From the NCBI GenBank assembly GCA_038496445.1, contig JALMLS010000376.1:124001-188000 (forward strand): a stretch of 64,000 nt of DNA, in the 5' to 3' direction. A model generated the notes under the pieces. That model had not been told where the DNA came from, did no database searches, and saw only the letters and a list, made by a program, of their open reading frames with translations. The DNA is from Trichosphaerium sp. ATCC 40318. Taxonomy: Eukaryota; Protista; Tubulinea. Shown piece by piece: positions 41,170 through 53,744 of the stretch (the stretch's first letter is position 1; the number at the start of each line of letters is the position of its first letter). The position numbers were made by a program, and so were the translations under genes.

Positions 41170-42577
41170 GACCCATTTGTAACGACAAAAGTGTTGACGT
41201 ACATAAAGCCGACTAATTTCTATTGTATGTTTTTTTTGACAACAACCACGTATGCATGAAACGACACCCCTTAAATACCTGAAAAAGGAAAAAAAACAGT
41301 TCGCTTCACAAGTTTATATCGTCGTTTTCCACTTTTACAAAAGTGACCGTCGAGTCAACATAGAAAACGTTTATTACAACTAGTGTAAGGCGATAAAGCA
41401 TAGTAAACGAATTTTCAAAAAGTACTAGCGTAAACGAGAATTAATCACTAGCACGTTTTACGAAACAAAACATCGCTGATACTCTTATAACGCGTGAATA
41501 TAGCTATTGCAAGGGTTTGTGAGCATTTTGAAATGTGCATTATCCATTTTTTGAGTACTTTTATGGATATTTCGGTGAAGTGTATCCCACAATTTATTTT
41601 TTGGAAGTTTGTGCGTGTATAAAAGTCGTATCAACTTTCTCAATTATCGATGAGCGATTCATCGGCCTAATGTATTTGCCTCATGTTCTAACCAAACATA
41701 TTTGCGCAGAGCTGCATGTGATTTAGCCACACAGCGGGCCTAGTATTGCGCTGTTACCTAGTTAGGGTACAAGATCGGTAGGATAGTAATGTAATCCCGA
41801 TTGCAGCGATCATTGTAGAATGATAAACAATATTGGGTTGACGATGGGGGAGTTCCGTAACAAAGGACATTCAAGCCTCCCACTGTTTTTGCTAAAAATA
41901 GTAAAATGAGCACTAAGATAAATGTCAAAAACAATGTAGCTCCTCGTTCACTCTTGATGTTTATTTGGGCTCTATTTATGATTTAAACGTGCGGCATACG
42001 TACAAATATTGTTATTAACCAGCTGAATAGATTGCAAATTGGCTTTTTTTTTTACGTTGTTAAGTACGAACACAGGAAGGTCTGAACTCCTTTTTTTTAA
42101 TGTTGTGTTTTTGCAAACTAAAATTACATTTCCGCTGTACACAACTAATTCTTGTCAGGACATGCTTCAGTAATACTCTTCCATAGATTGCTGTATACCC
42201 GATTGTTCAAGTTCCCAATCACTTGTATTATTAGTACGCACTTCCTTTGCAGGACTCTGTAAAATCTGCTGAAAAAGTTTTCCTAAATATTTTCCTTCTC
42301 CAGAATCACCAACATGTGGCATACCACATTGTCAACGTGTTCTCTTTCAGAACTTAATTTAACTGCCCCAATAGCGACTTGGTATGCAACTATAGATAAA
42401 TAATTAGCACATGAAAGAAGTAAGTAGTTTTACATACACCTGGCTGTAAGTTTGGTAAACCAATGCCAACACCAGCAGTGATGTTCCATGAGCTTACTTC
42501 TTTGTTGAATTCCATATCTTCTACGACTCAACATGGTAGGCAAAAGGAGACAATGTAATCATTTCTTCTGTTTCTTC

Positions 42578-44280
42578 CTATTTTGGTGCATGTAATAGAT
42601 TTACGGCTCTCCATAGACGCCTAAACCATAAAGTAATTAACACTTAGTTCAACTTCGTAATACTCTGATACCATTGTTTTGTTTTTTTCCCTTTCCAAAC
42701 AAATCTGTTCCACTCCCAGTCATACTCTCCATCTAAAATAGCAAGAGATTGTGGCCATGACCTTGCCATTATATCTCCACCAACATTATGGATATCATTA
42801 AACGAAAGTCGATACCTGAACCAATGTCAGCACACTCAAAGCAATAACTAGTTCTCAAGTAGACGTACCAGCTCTGGTTAGAGTTTAATGAGTATAAATC
42901 TTTCATATGTTCCAAGAATGATCTTTGATACTCTTCATCCATGCAATGACTTCTAGCAGAGTTTCTAACTTTGTAAGAACACCTCAAGGATTATTTTCGA
43001 GTACACAAACTGCCAAGGTTGCCACTTTTGTTCAGGGAATATATCAGACAAACAAGCAAATAGCGAGTTGTTATAGCGTGCCCTAAATGAAGAGTTACAT
43101 TCATCACAATTGGTGACACATACAATAAACTGTTTCCTCTATTGCTTTTAACATCATGTGAACTAACATGTAACCAATCATCCATTGACTTCAACTGAAG
43201 AGACTGACCAATACTTTCGCATAATTCACGTCGGTTCATTTTATCATCCCATGTGCGTTTAGGTACAAACCTAAGTCAAGTCATAATTTGTTAAGACGAA
43301 AAAAAAAGCAAGTGAGAATCACGTACGCGAACCGCCTTTTAGACCATGTACGAGGGAAGAGATGCATTAAACATTTTGACAACGAATTATCGTATGCACT
43401 GAGTTTGGGTTAGTTTGGTACAACAAAAGGACTCGGAAGATTTTTTGCCCAAGTGTCAAAATGTGTCACATTTTGTTTTTCTGAAAACGTACTACAAAAG
43501 ACCTCCACCTCCGTGTTCGATCACCTCATTGCTAGTTACCATGTACCAATCATCCAAGCACTTTACATTTAGCTCTCGAGCAATAGAACCTATTTTCTGG
43601 TAAACAGCATCTGTGTTGTGCCAATGGTTTGAGGGAGCTGCTCTACAATTACACAAAGTAAGGGTTTTTTGAACTGAATATGTGAAGTATGCGTACTGAA
43701 ACGCTCCGTTTATCCATTCAAAGTTTGGATATGCTGCCAGCAAACAAGAGGAAAGAGAGAAGTTGTATTGTCTTCTATTTCGATGATAAGGAAGATGGCA
43801 TTTGGATTGCGTAACGTACAAAAGTCTAGAGCCGCCACGTCGCTTAATCTCTCTGCCTGTGGTAGCGTACCAGTCATCCAGGCTTTTTATTTGAAGTAAC
43901 TGCGCAATGTTGTCAAGTTTTTGGCGTTGATTCTCCAATGAGTGCCAATACCTGTTTGGGGCGCATCTAGGGCATACGTGAGCATAATTTCATTATAGTG
44001 CTGGTATACTTGAATAATGATGGTTGCCAAGCGTGGTTAGGATACAAATGGGATAAGCATTGCGATATGGAGTCAGAATACTGATTGCTACGTTAAATTA
44101 ACGGTTTTTAAACGAAATGAGCTTGTACGTGACGCCTCGAGCTCCATGCTTCTTAACAGTATTTAAACCAACGCTGTACCAATCGTCCAAGTGCTTTAGT
44201 TCGAGAGTTTCACCAATGCGCGCGAATAACGCCCTCTTGCTATCTATACACCACACACGTTTCTTGAGTGCGCCTCTCAT
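42578..44280 (-). CDS. Tandem 'DWY' repeat protein (5 x about 70-aa units), uncharacterised family
   Basis: Repeat consensus P..W......R...I...L.I..LDDWY.V....V...GG..LL..Y..SL..CL...YP...W...F; the two phase-2 introns recur at the same positions in units 1-4. Confidence 0.75.
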
Positions 44281-44390
44281 GTTTATGTAACGATTTTGAC
44301 TTTTGTAATAAAAAATAGTTTGTTTCAAAATATGCTACACTTGTATATACATAGACAAGCAAGAAAATCTCGCATTGTGACGCTTTTAAT

Positions 44391-44767
44391 TTACATGTTG
44401 GGTTGGGTTGGAGTTTGTAGTACGGTTGGCATGCGTTCTACGCGGGGATTACTGTCTGCAAGCGTTGAAAGCCACATCAAGTTCTTTTGTAACAGTGTTT
44501 GAATTTTTACACTGTCTTGGTACCTACAACTGATGAATTGAGCGTAATGCGTTAAAAATGTACCGTCCAGCGCATTGATTCTCGTAAATGGCTGTAATTA
44601 ACTCTTTGTTTTCGTCTAGCTTCTACACTGTGTTAATTTGCTTTGAGACGCAAGGGTGAGACCTGTTGTATCAATTCAGGTGTAATTGGCTGTTCTGTTT
44701 GCATAACATTTGGGCGAGCACCGGAAATGCCGTTGGCAGCCTGTGGTGCCTGATTCATCGATTGCAT
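44391..44767 (-). CDS. SS18/SSXT-domain (GIF/SS18L2-like) SWI/SNF-associated protein
   Basis: Three exons: ITPELIQQ-KLDENKELITAIYENQCAGR-YQDSVKIQTLLQKNLMWLSTLAD; missed by the ORF track. Confidence 0.85.
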
Positions 44768-44871
44768 ACTCGTTGCGAATGTTAAGGCAGGTAGGATGAT
44801 GAGAAATTTAAAAATATTTATCCCGGTTCAAAAAAAGTAATCATCAACGCATCGACAACATACATCATCAA

Positions 44872-45534
44872 ATGCTACATTGGTCTGCGATTGTAACAAT
44901 TTTGGCGCTATGCGCGTACCACGGATCTAGTATTCGCTCTGTGGCGTCTACTTCTGGTGTGTGCGAACGTCCTGTGGATTTAATATTTTGCGATATGGTG
45001 AATTACACCGCATACAGGTACCAAGTGTATAAACATGAAGCGTTCTTAATCAAAATAGAGAAAATGACATTACGTTCTCTGTTTTAGACAGAAACGCAGA
45101 ACAAACAGCTCTTAACACCAACCCATACACGTTCGAGTGCTACGAGGAATATAAGGCATTGCTTTGCTCAAGGATATTCAAACGTTGTGATACTGGCGCT
45201 AACTCGACACTTGACGTGTTTCTACCTTGCCAGGTACATTGCAGTTTGCTCTATATTTATTTACAACGTTTGGTATGTAGGGTTTATGTGTCACCTTTTT
45301 AGAGTGCAGTAAACCGAGTGGAAGAGCAGAGGCAGAGACTGAGTGTAGCACTACAGAATTTGAGCCAGGTACAAGAGCGTGAACACAATTTGGATTTACT
45401 AATGAGTTGAAGATAATGGTTCTGGAGGTAACTGCACCACAGTAACGATTGGCTCTGGCGCACAAGGATTCCCTTCATTGTATGTAAGCACGATCGTACT
45501 CGCTATCATTAGTATAGTCCTTGCACAGGTTTGA
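44872..45534 (+). CDS. Small secreted/GPI-anchored Cys-rich protein, Frizzled-CRD-like
   Basis: Signal peptide; CERPVDLIFCDMVNY...CYEEYKALLCSRIFKRC...PCQGLCVTFLEC; hydrophobic C-terminus. Confidence 0.7.
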
Positions 45535-45831
45535 GGAGCCTAAAAAAAACCTCACATTGTAAAAAAGACAGTTGTGTGATTTGCAACTTTGACACCTCAA
45601 GTAACATCGTGGCCTCATGTAGCTCTACATGAGAAATGACATAAAAATTGTTAGCCAAACTAGCTCGTGCAGTATTTTTTTCGTTCAAGCTCTGAAAGCA
45701 CTGTGTAGTGAGAACAAAAATCCAAGATATCAACGAAAGTCAAGTTACCGATTAGACAAAAATTATATTGCCTTGTTATTCAACTATCCTGCAACAATGT
45801 TCAAGAATAGGGGTAAGAAGGAAAAGAGTTC

Positions 45832-47857
45832 ATGAAAGTCCAGGGAGTGGATGCTATAAACGTAACCAGTACGCAAACGCTAAATTTGTTATTGTTGTTA
45901 TCCTAAAGTAATCTTCAGTAATGTGCGCGCGTAACCTAGCTGGAAGAGAGAAAGGTAGGTCTATTCAAGTTACGTGAGTTGCTTATCTTTGCATAGGATT
46001 AGCAGACCCTTATTGCGTCATTGCGAGCAATTTTAACAACCAAGTGTTTAAAACAAAAGTAGCCAAAAAAACTCAAAGCCCTGAATGGAACCAACGCGTT
46101 CAATTGTGCGTAGATATTTTAATTAACAAGCTCATTAGTGATTTTAGCTGGACAACAGAATGCACCGGACATTTGTTTTTTAAATTGTTTGATAAAGACG
46201 GAGGAAACAAGAATCGTTCGTTTTTGGGCGAAATATGCATACCAGTAAAGTACTTGAATTCCAGAGGTATGTCAAAAAACATTACACCACTTAATAGTCA
46301 CAACATCATTAGAAGCGCATACTTCATGGTATAAGCTACAAAATGAACCAAAGATAAAAACAAAAGGTAGCCAAAAAAAAGCAAATGGCGCCTTACAAGT
46401 GAAACTCCACTTTCCAACAGCCAAGGTATGTCTTATCTAATGTATAAAACTGACATTACCTGTTTCAAAAGAAAAAAGAAGCCAAGAAGCACAAAGAAGC
46501 CAGACAAGAGAAGAGACTATTGCTTGATGAGTTTACACTCGGAGACATACTTGGAGAGTAAGTTTAAACATCATAAACTAAGTACATCGCGTATTAAACA
46601 ATATTTCAAAAGGGGTGGTTTCTCTATCGTCAAAAAGGGAACAAACATCGTTAATGGCGAAAAGGTTGCTGTCAAAATTATCGAGAAGAACCAAGCTGGA
46701 GATGAGTTGGAGTTATTATATCGAGAGATTGATATTATGCGTAAGCTTCAACACGACAATATTATAAGGTTGCTAGACGTTTTCGATGAGGAAGAAAAAA
46801 TATACTTAGTACTAGAGCTGTACGTCTTGTTGTTCAAACAGAAGTTATGCCATAAATGCTTACACCTTCTTAGTGTCACTGGTGGTGAACTGTTTGATCA
46901 AATTATTAAAAGGTGCTTCAAGAGGTGGAATAATTGTTGTTCTTACTGTTTTTTATAGAGGATCGTACTCTGAGGGCGAAGCTGCGGCTGTAGTATGTCA
47001 AATGTTATCTGCTATATCTTATATGCACTCTAATGGTATTGCTCATCGTGATTTGAAGGTATGTGCAAGCGAACTTGTCACTTATTGGATTTGTTTGCAA
47101 GAATAAGAATTCTAAAAACAACTTTTTGGCTTTAGTCCATTTTATCTCAAGCATTTTGTATCACTTTGTACGTTGTGCATTCTCGTTAATATTATTAGCC
47201 TGAAAACGTTTTGCTTCAAACAACTTCAGATGGCCGGGATCAAATTAAGGTAACAGATTTTGGATTGGCAAAAGAACAAACAGATCAAGATATTTTAAAA
47301 ACATCTTGTGGTACTCCTGATTATGTTGGTACGTATCAACCCTCTACCCTTTCGGTAGCATGTATCACAAATCCTAATACCTTCCTAGCACCTGAGGTAC
47401 TTATGGGTATGGCATATGACGAGTCTGTTGATATATGGAGTACAGGCGTTATAACATACATTCTGTAAGAATTTTGAAATATTTTAGTCCATTTTTACTC
47501 ACAACGTTTCAAAGACTTTGTGGATTCCCACCATTCTATGGTAATAATGATCAACAAGTATTTGAAAAGATTATGAAAGTCGAGTACGATTTTCCTTCAC
47601 CAGATTGGAATAATACAAGCGAAGAAGGTACGCACTTTGGCTTTGTTTTTTCGGCAGCTTGTAATTTCTTTTATTCATTTTTTTTCGTAGCCAAGGACTT
47701 TATCAAAGAAATACTCGTTAAGGAATCATCTAAACGGCCAACCGCTGATGAATGCCTTCAACATCCATGGTTACAAGGCACAGGGGCTTCTCATAATGAC
47801 TCACGTAAAGGAGCTGTTGCTAAATTGTCAAACTACAAAAAGAACAGACAGAAGTAA
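45832..47857 (+). CDS. C2 domain + CaMK1/MLCK-A-like Ser/Thr kinase
   Basis: C2 (ARNLAGRE..LADPYCVI..FKTKVAKKTQSPEWNQ); kinase LGRGGFSIV, VAVK, HRDLKPEN, DFG, CGTPDYVAPE, LCGFPPFY. Confidence 0.92.
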
Positions 47858-47995
47858 GGAAAAACGTATGTATTTGTACTACGTTTGTTCTTAATAATAT
47901 TACTGTATTTTTGCGTAAACTTTTTTGTTCCAGTTAAGTTTACAATTTTTTATTTTACATGAAACTATGCGTGTTGTGTAATACTACGTACAAGA

Positions 47996-49886
47996 ATGAG
48001 TTCCCAACCAGATTTACAAAGGAGCACATCTGAAGTACGTTAAAGAAAACTTTGCGTCTTACCCATCGTTTTAATTAGGTCGGTACTGCTTTTCGTGGCA
48101 TTTTTTCAGGAATATCAAGGCTAGGAGGGAGAATTAAAGCAACCATCACGCGAGAACCGGAAATATCACCAAACACACCTCCAGCTGCTCCTATTAGGTA
48201 AATTACAACAAAAATAGATTGTCAGTTGATTTTTCTCTGTTTCATACTTTGTTTAACCATAGTCTAGCTTAGAAGATGATTGGGCGCTCATCAGCGAGGA
48301 CGCCAAACAAAAAGCCGTTCCTAAACCAATTGTAATTGCTCAAACAAAAGCAAATGACATGCCACGCCGTGCCTATTCCTTACCAACAACTGCGCACCCT
48401 AAATTGGGTCACAGCGGAGCGGTTATTATTCAAGAAATGAAGGGAGCAAAACCAAAAGTCAAGTTGTCACTTCCAAAGAAACCAATCGGGCAATCAGTGA
48501 ATGATTCCGCTCGTTGCGCCACAGGTCCACATGCTACGCAATGCCAATATAGTTTATCTCGTCCAAAAGTAAATATCGTTCATTTGAAGCGTATCGGATG
48601 GGATATTGGATTACATCCGTTTAGTAGAGCGTCAGCTTGGAAAATGATGGTTGTACGTTACAAATTCTTGTTTTTTCTTCCTCCGGAGAGTGTCTGAAGT
48701 CTGAAGGTCTTTTCGGGCCATTACTTCGCTTTGTCGCTTACTTTTATCGTCAGGAGTATTTGCCACCATTTCCTTCATCACATGAGGCTGTTGGCAAACA
48801 AAAGAGAGATTTTTATATGGAGTACAAGAAGCGGTATCACGCGTTAGAACAGGAGATAGATAGGCAACTACGACAAACAGTATGTCTTTTTTTTTGTTTA
48901 TCTCCTTTCCTCTAGGCTAATTTTAAACCGTTTTTAGGTGCGCAAGGATCTTCTCAGCTTTGCAGCGAAAATAGAAATGTTTTGTCACAATACTCTCATT
49001 GATGCACGTGCTCGCTTGAACTGTGTTTTTTGTTTTTTCATGGATGTTTTCTTTTTTTATTCCGCTAAATTTTTTGTCAGGCTCTTGAGGATGTCTTTTT
49101 TATTTGTATGCGTGAGCATGATATTAATTCTTGTGGTTTGGGTATTACAAGTGTATTACTACCTATTGCATACACTATAATCTTGGATCACCTTCGCGAC
49201 TTGGGTAAACAGCTTTTTGCAGTTAATGACTCTAGCGTTAACCTCTTTTAAATTTAGATGTTGCTACCAAAGAGTTTGCTTCGTTTTCGAGTGATGAACT
49301 GTTTGTTATTGAAGCTGATTGTTTCTATTTGTTGCATCATATATTTGAGTGTGGGTTAAAAGAATTGTTTGTTAAATCTCCAGCTGATCAAGTCGCATTA
49401 CTTGAAAAAATTCTGCAAGAAAATGACAGTACGCCTATTATTTTCGTTTTATTTTTATCTAACTCTGTTTAAGAGTACCTTTATGACCATTTAAAGAAGA
49501 ATCACGTGGATCTATTCGCAATTGTGTATTCTTGGAGTTTAACAATGCTTGTACAACAATTGCGTAAGATGCCACTCTTGTCTTCTTTATGGGACCTTTA
49601 TATTATATCTGGGAAGGAGGTTTGTCAAGTTCATATGTGTATATGTGCACAACTGCTTCTTACATTATCACCTGTTATAAGAAAGCTGGAGAACGCACCT
49701 AGTATTCAAGATTATTTGATAAAATTGGAAACAATTGAATCTTGGGAATTCAAAGACATTGAACGACTTATCGATGGTAGTAAGAAGCTTATAATAGCTC
49801 AGGATATACTTAAAGCGGATTGGGAAGATTTTGATGTATATGTACCAAAGGTATACAAATATACGCTGAAGGAAGGAGAACTGTAA
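47996..49886 (+). CDS. TBC-domain protein (TBC1D22/Gyp1-like), catalytic fingers degenerate
   Basis: LKRIGWDIG...RASAWKMM; IEADCFYLL; LYDHLKKNHVD..AIVYSWSLTMLVQQ..LSSLWDLYI; HMCICAQLL. Confidence 0.8.
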
Positions 49887-50152
49887 TGGAACTGTTTGTG
49901 CTATACTTTTTTTGTTTCTCAGAAAAAAAAAACAAGCTTGGCACATTTTGATTTTTTTATGAAAAACGCTGTATGTGGCTTGTAGTGATTAAATTTCTTG
50001 TAAAGTATACTTGTGATGGTTTATGTTTACGTCTCTTTGTGGTTATAACAATGTTTATAAGCTTACAGTTTAGCAATCAATGAAATACAATAACTACGTT
50101 TTTTTTATTCAACTAATACTATTTTATTTACACTAACAACTTGATCACTGTT

Positions 50153-52797
50153 TTACAGAGGATTATTGGCAATAGCCTGTACGTTTCCTGTAGGGTTTGC
50201 TGTCTTAAAGAACATCTTGAGCGGTCCTAGTACAGGGGAGATAAAAGTTCTAAAACGTTATGAGCGAAGTGCTAAAGAAGAAAGTACTCGTACGAGAAGA
50301 AAGATAACATTGCGAATGCTGAGTGCATTGGAGAGAACAAGTCAGTGATGTTCAAACGTGATGGTTTCAACTGTTTGCTATTCTTCGCAGGCTTTTTAGT
50401 AATCAATTCCCACACAGTCAAGTCTTTTGGAACCGCTATGGACAACAAGTAAGTTACTACCATCAAATACAAGTGACGTACTTTGTAATACTATTTTATC
50501 TGTTTTTTTCAATCCCAGTAGTTCTCTGACATGTTCAACAGCCTTGTCCATTCCGCCAAGATCATCAACAAGTCCGTTTCTCTTAGCTTGCTCTCCTGTC
50601 CAAATACGTCCTTGTGCAACTACAAAATCAAATAAGTCGTGTTTTGAGGGTAATGTATAAAACCTTTTTCGACTTCTTCCAGTGACATGTTTCTGCCCTT
50701 TGATACATTTTCGACGAATTGGTTGTAGTAATAATTTAGCATATTTTCAACTCTTTCTTTTTGCTCTGGTGTCAAGTTATGAAAACTAGATAACGTGGAA
50801 GCTGATTCATGAGTCTAAATAATCATTGTGTAAGGCGTGATGGAACTTGAGATGGAAAGTAATTAGGTGCGTACAGCAACTTCGTCAAATGTGATGCCAA
50901 GCTTTTTGAACATATCCCTCATGACGAACTTAAAGATGAATACACCAATTGATCCAGTGATAGTCAGTGGTTCTGCTATTATTCTATCTGCATACATGGA
51001 TATCCAGTAACCGCCACTTCCAGCTACATTACCCATTGATACTACAATCTAAGACAAGAAATAAATTCGAAGAAAAAAACGGTGACGTTGGTTTGCTTTC
51101 TTACTTTTTTACCCTTTTCTTTGGCGCGATGAATCTCTCGTAGTATGAGATCAGACGCTACGACATCTCCTCCTCGTGAGTTTACCCTGAAAATAATAGC
51201 TTTTACGTTCTTATCATCCGTTGCTGCACGTAGTTCCATAGCAGTTGTATCAGAACCAATGCTTGGTCCACCGTTGTAAACAGGTAAACTGCTTCCACGT
51301 AGAATGTTACCCTCAGCTATTGGTTGATGACGTTAGTGCACAAGTACAACAATATCGTGATAACCTGTAACTACAGCTACTTTAGTAGATGGCCATATGA
51401 GAGAACGAGTTGGCCGACCGACTTTAGATAAATACACATCAATGTACAGCAAGTTGTATGCATCTTTGGATTTGTATCCTAGTTTACTGTGGATTATTTC
51501 ATCGTAAACCTTTTAGCTCCATGTTAATCCAAGAAAACGTGATAATTCGAAAAAAATGTAATACCTGATCTTGGAATACCAATCCATCCACAAACTTTCT
51601 GTCCATCATTGACTGTGCAGTATGAGGCCCATCTAAAAAAAAAGTTGTAAGTTTTTTCCAACAAGAAAGACTCCTTCTGCTCACCTTTGAAAAGGTTGTT
51701 GACAGCAGTTTCGGGGACGGATCTATCTTCTGCAATATCTCTTGTGAGTTGTCCAAGAATGTCATTCATAATAGATTCAAGAACTTCTTTGTGTTCTTTT
51801 GTAAATTTCTCTTCAAAGAACAAGTTCTTCGCCGTCTGATGTTTTTATGCTTAGTAAAATTGACAAGCACCATAGATATCTATCCTACCTTGTATGCCCC
51901 TCGAGCATTTCCTTCGGGTTGTATACCAAGTTTATTGAACATTTGAATCAAGAACGGATGATTCAACAGGATGCCATTCACCAAAGCATGACCAACTTTT
52001 GGCATGTAAATCTCATCGAATGAGCACGCAAGATAATACCTAGAAACAAATCCACTGTAAGTAGGACATGTAAAACATCGCGTGATGGCTGTAGAAATCC
52101 TAAAAGTGCGCACATGACAAGCGGGTTACCAGAGAAAGACTCAGCAAACGCAAAAGTCTTCTTGCCAGCTTTCCTGAAACGTTTTATTGCATCACGTAAT
52201 TCCTACCAAAGAAATCATTGACACCAAAGTTTTTCGGGTAGTAAGCTCCAGGAGAATATCTAATGGTACCTGAGCATGTGCGAATCCTATTTGAAGGGAA
52301 CTAAGTTTTGCTACAAGTCCTGTAATCCGAGAATCCTGCAAATGAGTTGAGCTTGGAGTGATAAAGTGATTTCAGGTACCTTAGCTGCAATGTCGATGGC
52401 ATCTATTAGATCGCGTAGGGCTAGTTTTTTGGGCGTGAGAGCTTTCAACATAGGATCCACAGGTGTATCAATGACCTATAAACATTAGAGTCAACATAAA
52501 AATGTTAAAAATCATGATGAGTTCATACCACTACTTGGTCGTTTAGTGTCATTTCAAGCACTGTTTTGTTTGATACCCATTTTTTAGATATTCTTTTCGC
52601 CATCAAAGCCGAAATGACGATGGCTAAAGCGAAATCGGTCAGTTTTTAAATGTCAGTTAAAAAAACCGTTTTAAAAGCGTACAAGGCACGAGCCACCATT
52701 TGTGGATTGATGCGAGCTCTGATGCTTGCTTCCAGTGATTAAGAAGAGCATCTGGCTGTAATTGTTGTACGATAGTTTCGTAAGTACTTATTGACAT
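50153..52797 (-). CDS. sppA: Signal peptide peptidase SppA (protease IV, 67K two-domain S49 type)
   Basis: [12 protein letters not shown]; [16 protein letters not shown]; [34 protein letters not shown]; [23 protein letters not shown]. Confidence 0.92.
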
Positions 52798-53182
52798 GTT
52801 GTGCTTTACTGTGTCTGTTTGTTTTATGATCTATTGTTGTCGGTCCGTTCTGGTAACTGGTGAGTTTATTGAACAGCAAAATGTGGTAGTACCACGTCAG
52901 CAAGGCTCTACAATATGCAGTGTGACCACTGATACGCTCGTGTTAAAAATATGGTGTTAACAGCGTCGCAAATTTCAAATAAAAAGTAAGAAGTTTGTAG
53001 GAAGAAGGTGTCATGTTTCTTTAATTCACGTGAATAGTAAATCTCGGGCAGTGTCAAAGTAGTACTGTATAGTGCTGTGTACTACCAGTTGAAAAGCGGT
53101 GTTGTAGGCCTTTTTGTGGCATAAAAAAGTACAAAACAAAAGTGACAAGATTTTTTTTGTATTTACATTTAATTTACAGGTT

Positions 53183-53652
53183 CTACTGATTTACCATTGC
53201 GTCTATGCTTTTAAGTGTCTCAGCGCACTTGAGAGTACATTTTCGTTGTTCCAGTGTAAGGGTATTACTGCTTAGATCTAAGGACTTGTAAGAATGTGAT
53301 GTCAAATAAAAACCAAAGTGTTTTTATCGCTGTGGCGGTATACTATGCGTAATTGTAAGCGCTCGGTACAATTTTAGAACGAAATGAGTTCAAAACGAGC
53401 TATAAAATACTGTGGCGCCGTAATTATGAACTTATACGCGTTTAAGGGCTATTGGCGTTGTTTTGAAAATAGTGTATTATGGTTACCTTTAATGCACATG
53501 TTGGCGCAAGTATCAACTAAATTCAGCGGTTGTTGTAACTGTGCAAGTTTTTGAGCTTGCCGTGTTCTTGAACATAAGTAAATATCCGCCTCTTCTTCAG
53601 ATAGCGTAGCGGGATACGGTACCCATGCTATTAGCGCGTGTAGATCACTCAT
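53183..53652 (-). CDS. Small Tim (Tim9/Tim10-like twin CX3C) mitochondrial IMS chaperone
   Basis: LVDTCANMCIK / DLSSNTLTLEQRKCTLKCAETL after splicing an intron of about 205 nt; twin CX3C motif with the typical spacing; N-terminus uncertain. Confidence 0.6.
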
Positions 53653-53744
53653 GAAGAGGTAGTGGTAATAGCCGCACAAAGAAAAAGTACTGTAAAAAAG
53701 TCAAGTTTTGGTCTTTGGTCTTTTAGATATCTTTGTTTTTAACT

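Noticed and set aside
41755-41770. ACCCTAAC as a possible telomerase RNA template
   Set aside because: An 8-mer is expected by chance in 64 kb, and no supporting structure was recognised
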